A stretch of DNA of 64,000 nt, from NCBI GenBank assembly GCA_004022145.1, contig RCNU01000005.1. One strand, 5' to 3'. This DNA comes from Paecilomyces variotii (lineage: Eukaryota). This document shows positions 63,637-64,000 of this stretch, in pieces (position 1 is the stretch's first letter; each line of letters opens with the position of its first letter). The notes below the pieces were generated by a model that saw only the letters and a list, made by a program, of their open reading frames with translations, had not been told where the DNA came from and searched no databases. The translations under genes and the position numbers were made by a program.

Positions 63637-64000
63637 ATGGACGACCGGCCACTCACACAACTTTACGCCGAGTCTTTTCAGGCTAAACGGCCAATACCCA
63701 AGTCAGTGTCCGCGCAGGAGTCTCAAGGTCAGGTTAAGCACAAACCAACCAAGGGAATAAAGCAATGGGAGAAGCAACAAAATTCTAAGAATATGCTTCT
63801 TGGCTATGCACAAGACGTGCCCCAAAGCAGCTCCCAAAGAGTGGGCCAGGCAGCTCAATCGCCCGTTATCCGGAGAGGGTCACCCTGGGACACATTGAAA
63901 GATCTTTTTACCTGTGATCTTGCAGGTCCCGTATCAATTGCCGTCCATGAAAAGGACCCGTCTAGGGTGATTGCTGTCCGTGCATTTTCCAGGAAAAAAG
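63637..64000 (+). CDS. Protein-kinase-like gene, 5' part (runs off window end)
   Basis: Open from ATG 63637 to the edge: IRRGSPWDTLKDLFTCDLAGPVSIAVHEKDPSRVIAVRAF. This resembles the N-lobe of the divergent fungal kinase-like genes often seen beside DUF3723. Confidence 0.55.
   Translation, partial: MDDRPLTQLYAESFQAKRPIPKSVSAQESQGQVKHKPTKGIKQWEKQQNSKNMLLGYAQDVPQSSSQRVGQAAQSPVIRRGSPWDTLKDLFTCDLAGPVSIAVHEKDPSRVIAVRAFSRKK

Noticed and set aside
1-64000. Starship captain (DUF3435), NLR/HET genes, secondary-metabolite backbone genes, tRNA/rRNA
   Set aside because: No tyrosine-recombinase, NACHT/NB-ARC, PKS/NRPS or structured-RNA signature was recognised.

Overview
Eukaryotic, filamentous-ascomycete DNA, probably Eurotiales (Aspergillus/Penicillium-like). 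The evidence is short GT-AG introns with CTRAC-type branch sites, fungal gene families and RIP-like stop codons. The window is accessory in character and most likely lies inside a giant Starship-type element. Its right end holds a 3-exon DUF3723-like gene (~1350 aa) head-to-head with a kinase-like gene. Elsewhere there is a Myb/SANT pseudogene, a mini MADS-box gene, ankyrin and F-box genes, an APH-kinase and coiled-coil orphans. No DUF3435 captain or element boundary is visible. Other candidate cargo genes are an Old Yellow Enzyme with a non-canonical active-site motif, a heme-oxygenase-like gene, a beta-1,2-mannosyltransferase, a PTH11-like membrane protein, an OSCA/TMEM63 channel, an acetoacetate-decarboxylase-like gene, a secreted lactonase and a PARP-type zinc-finger protein. 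Four different MITEs and a Tc1/IS630 transposase relic are present. The most novel observation is a 193-aa ORF (53071-53652) whose motifs line up in order with the ADP-ribosyl cyclase/CD38 NADase fold, including the catalytic Glu. All family calls are by-eye motif recognition, not database results.
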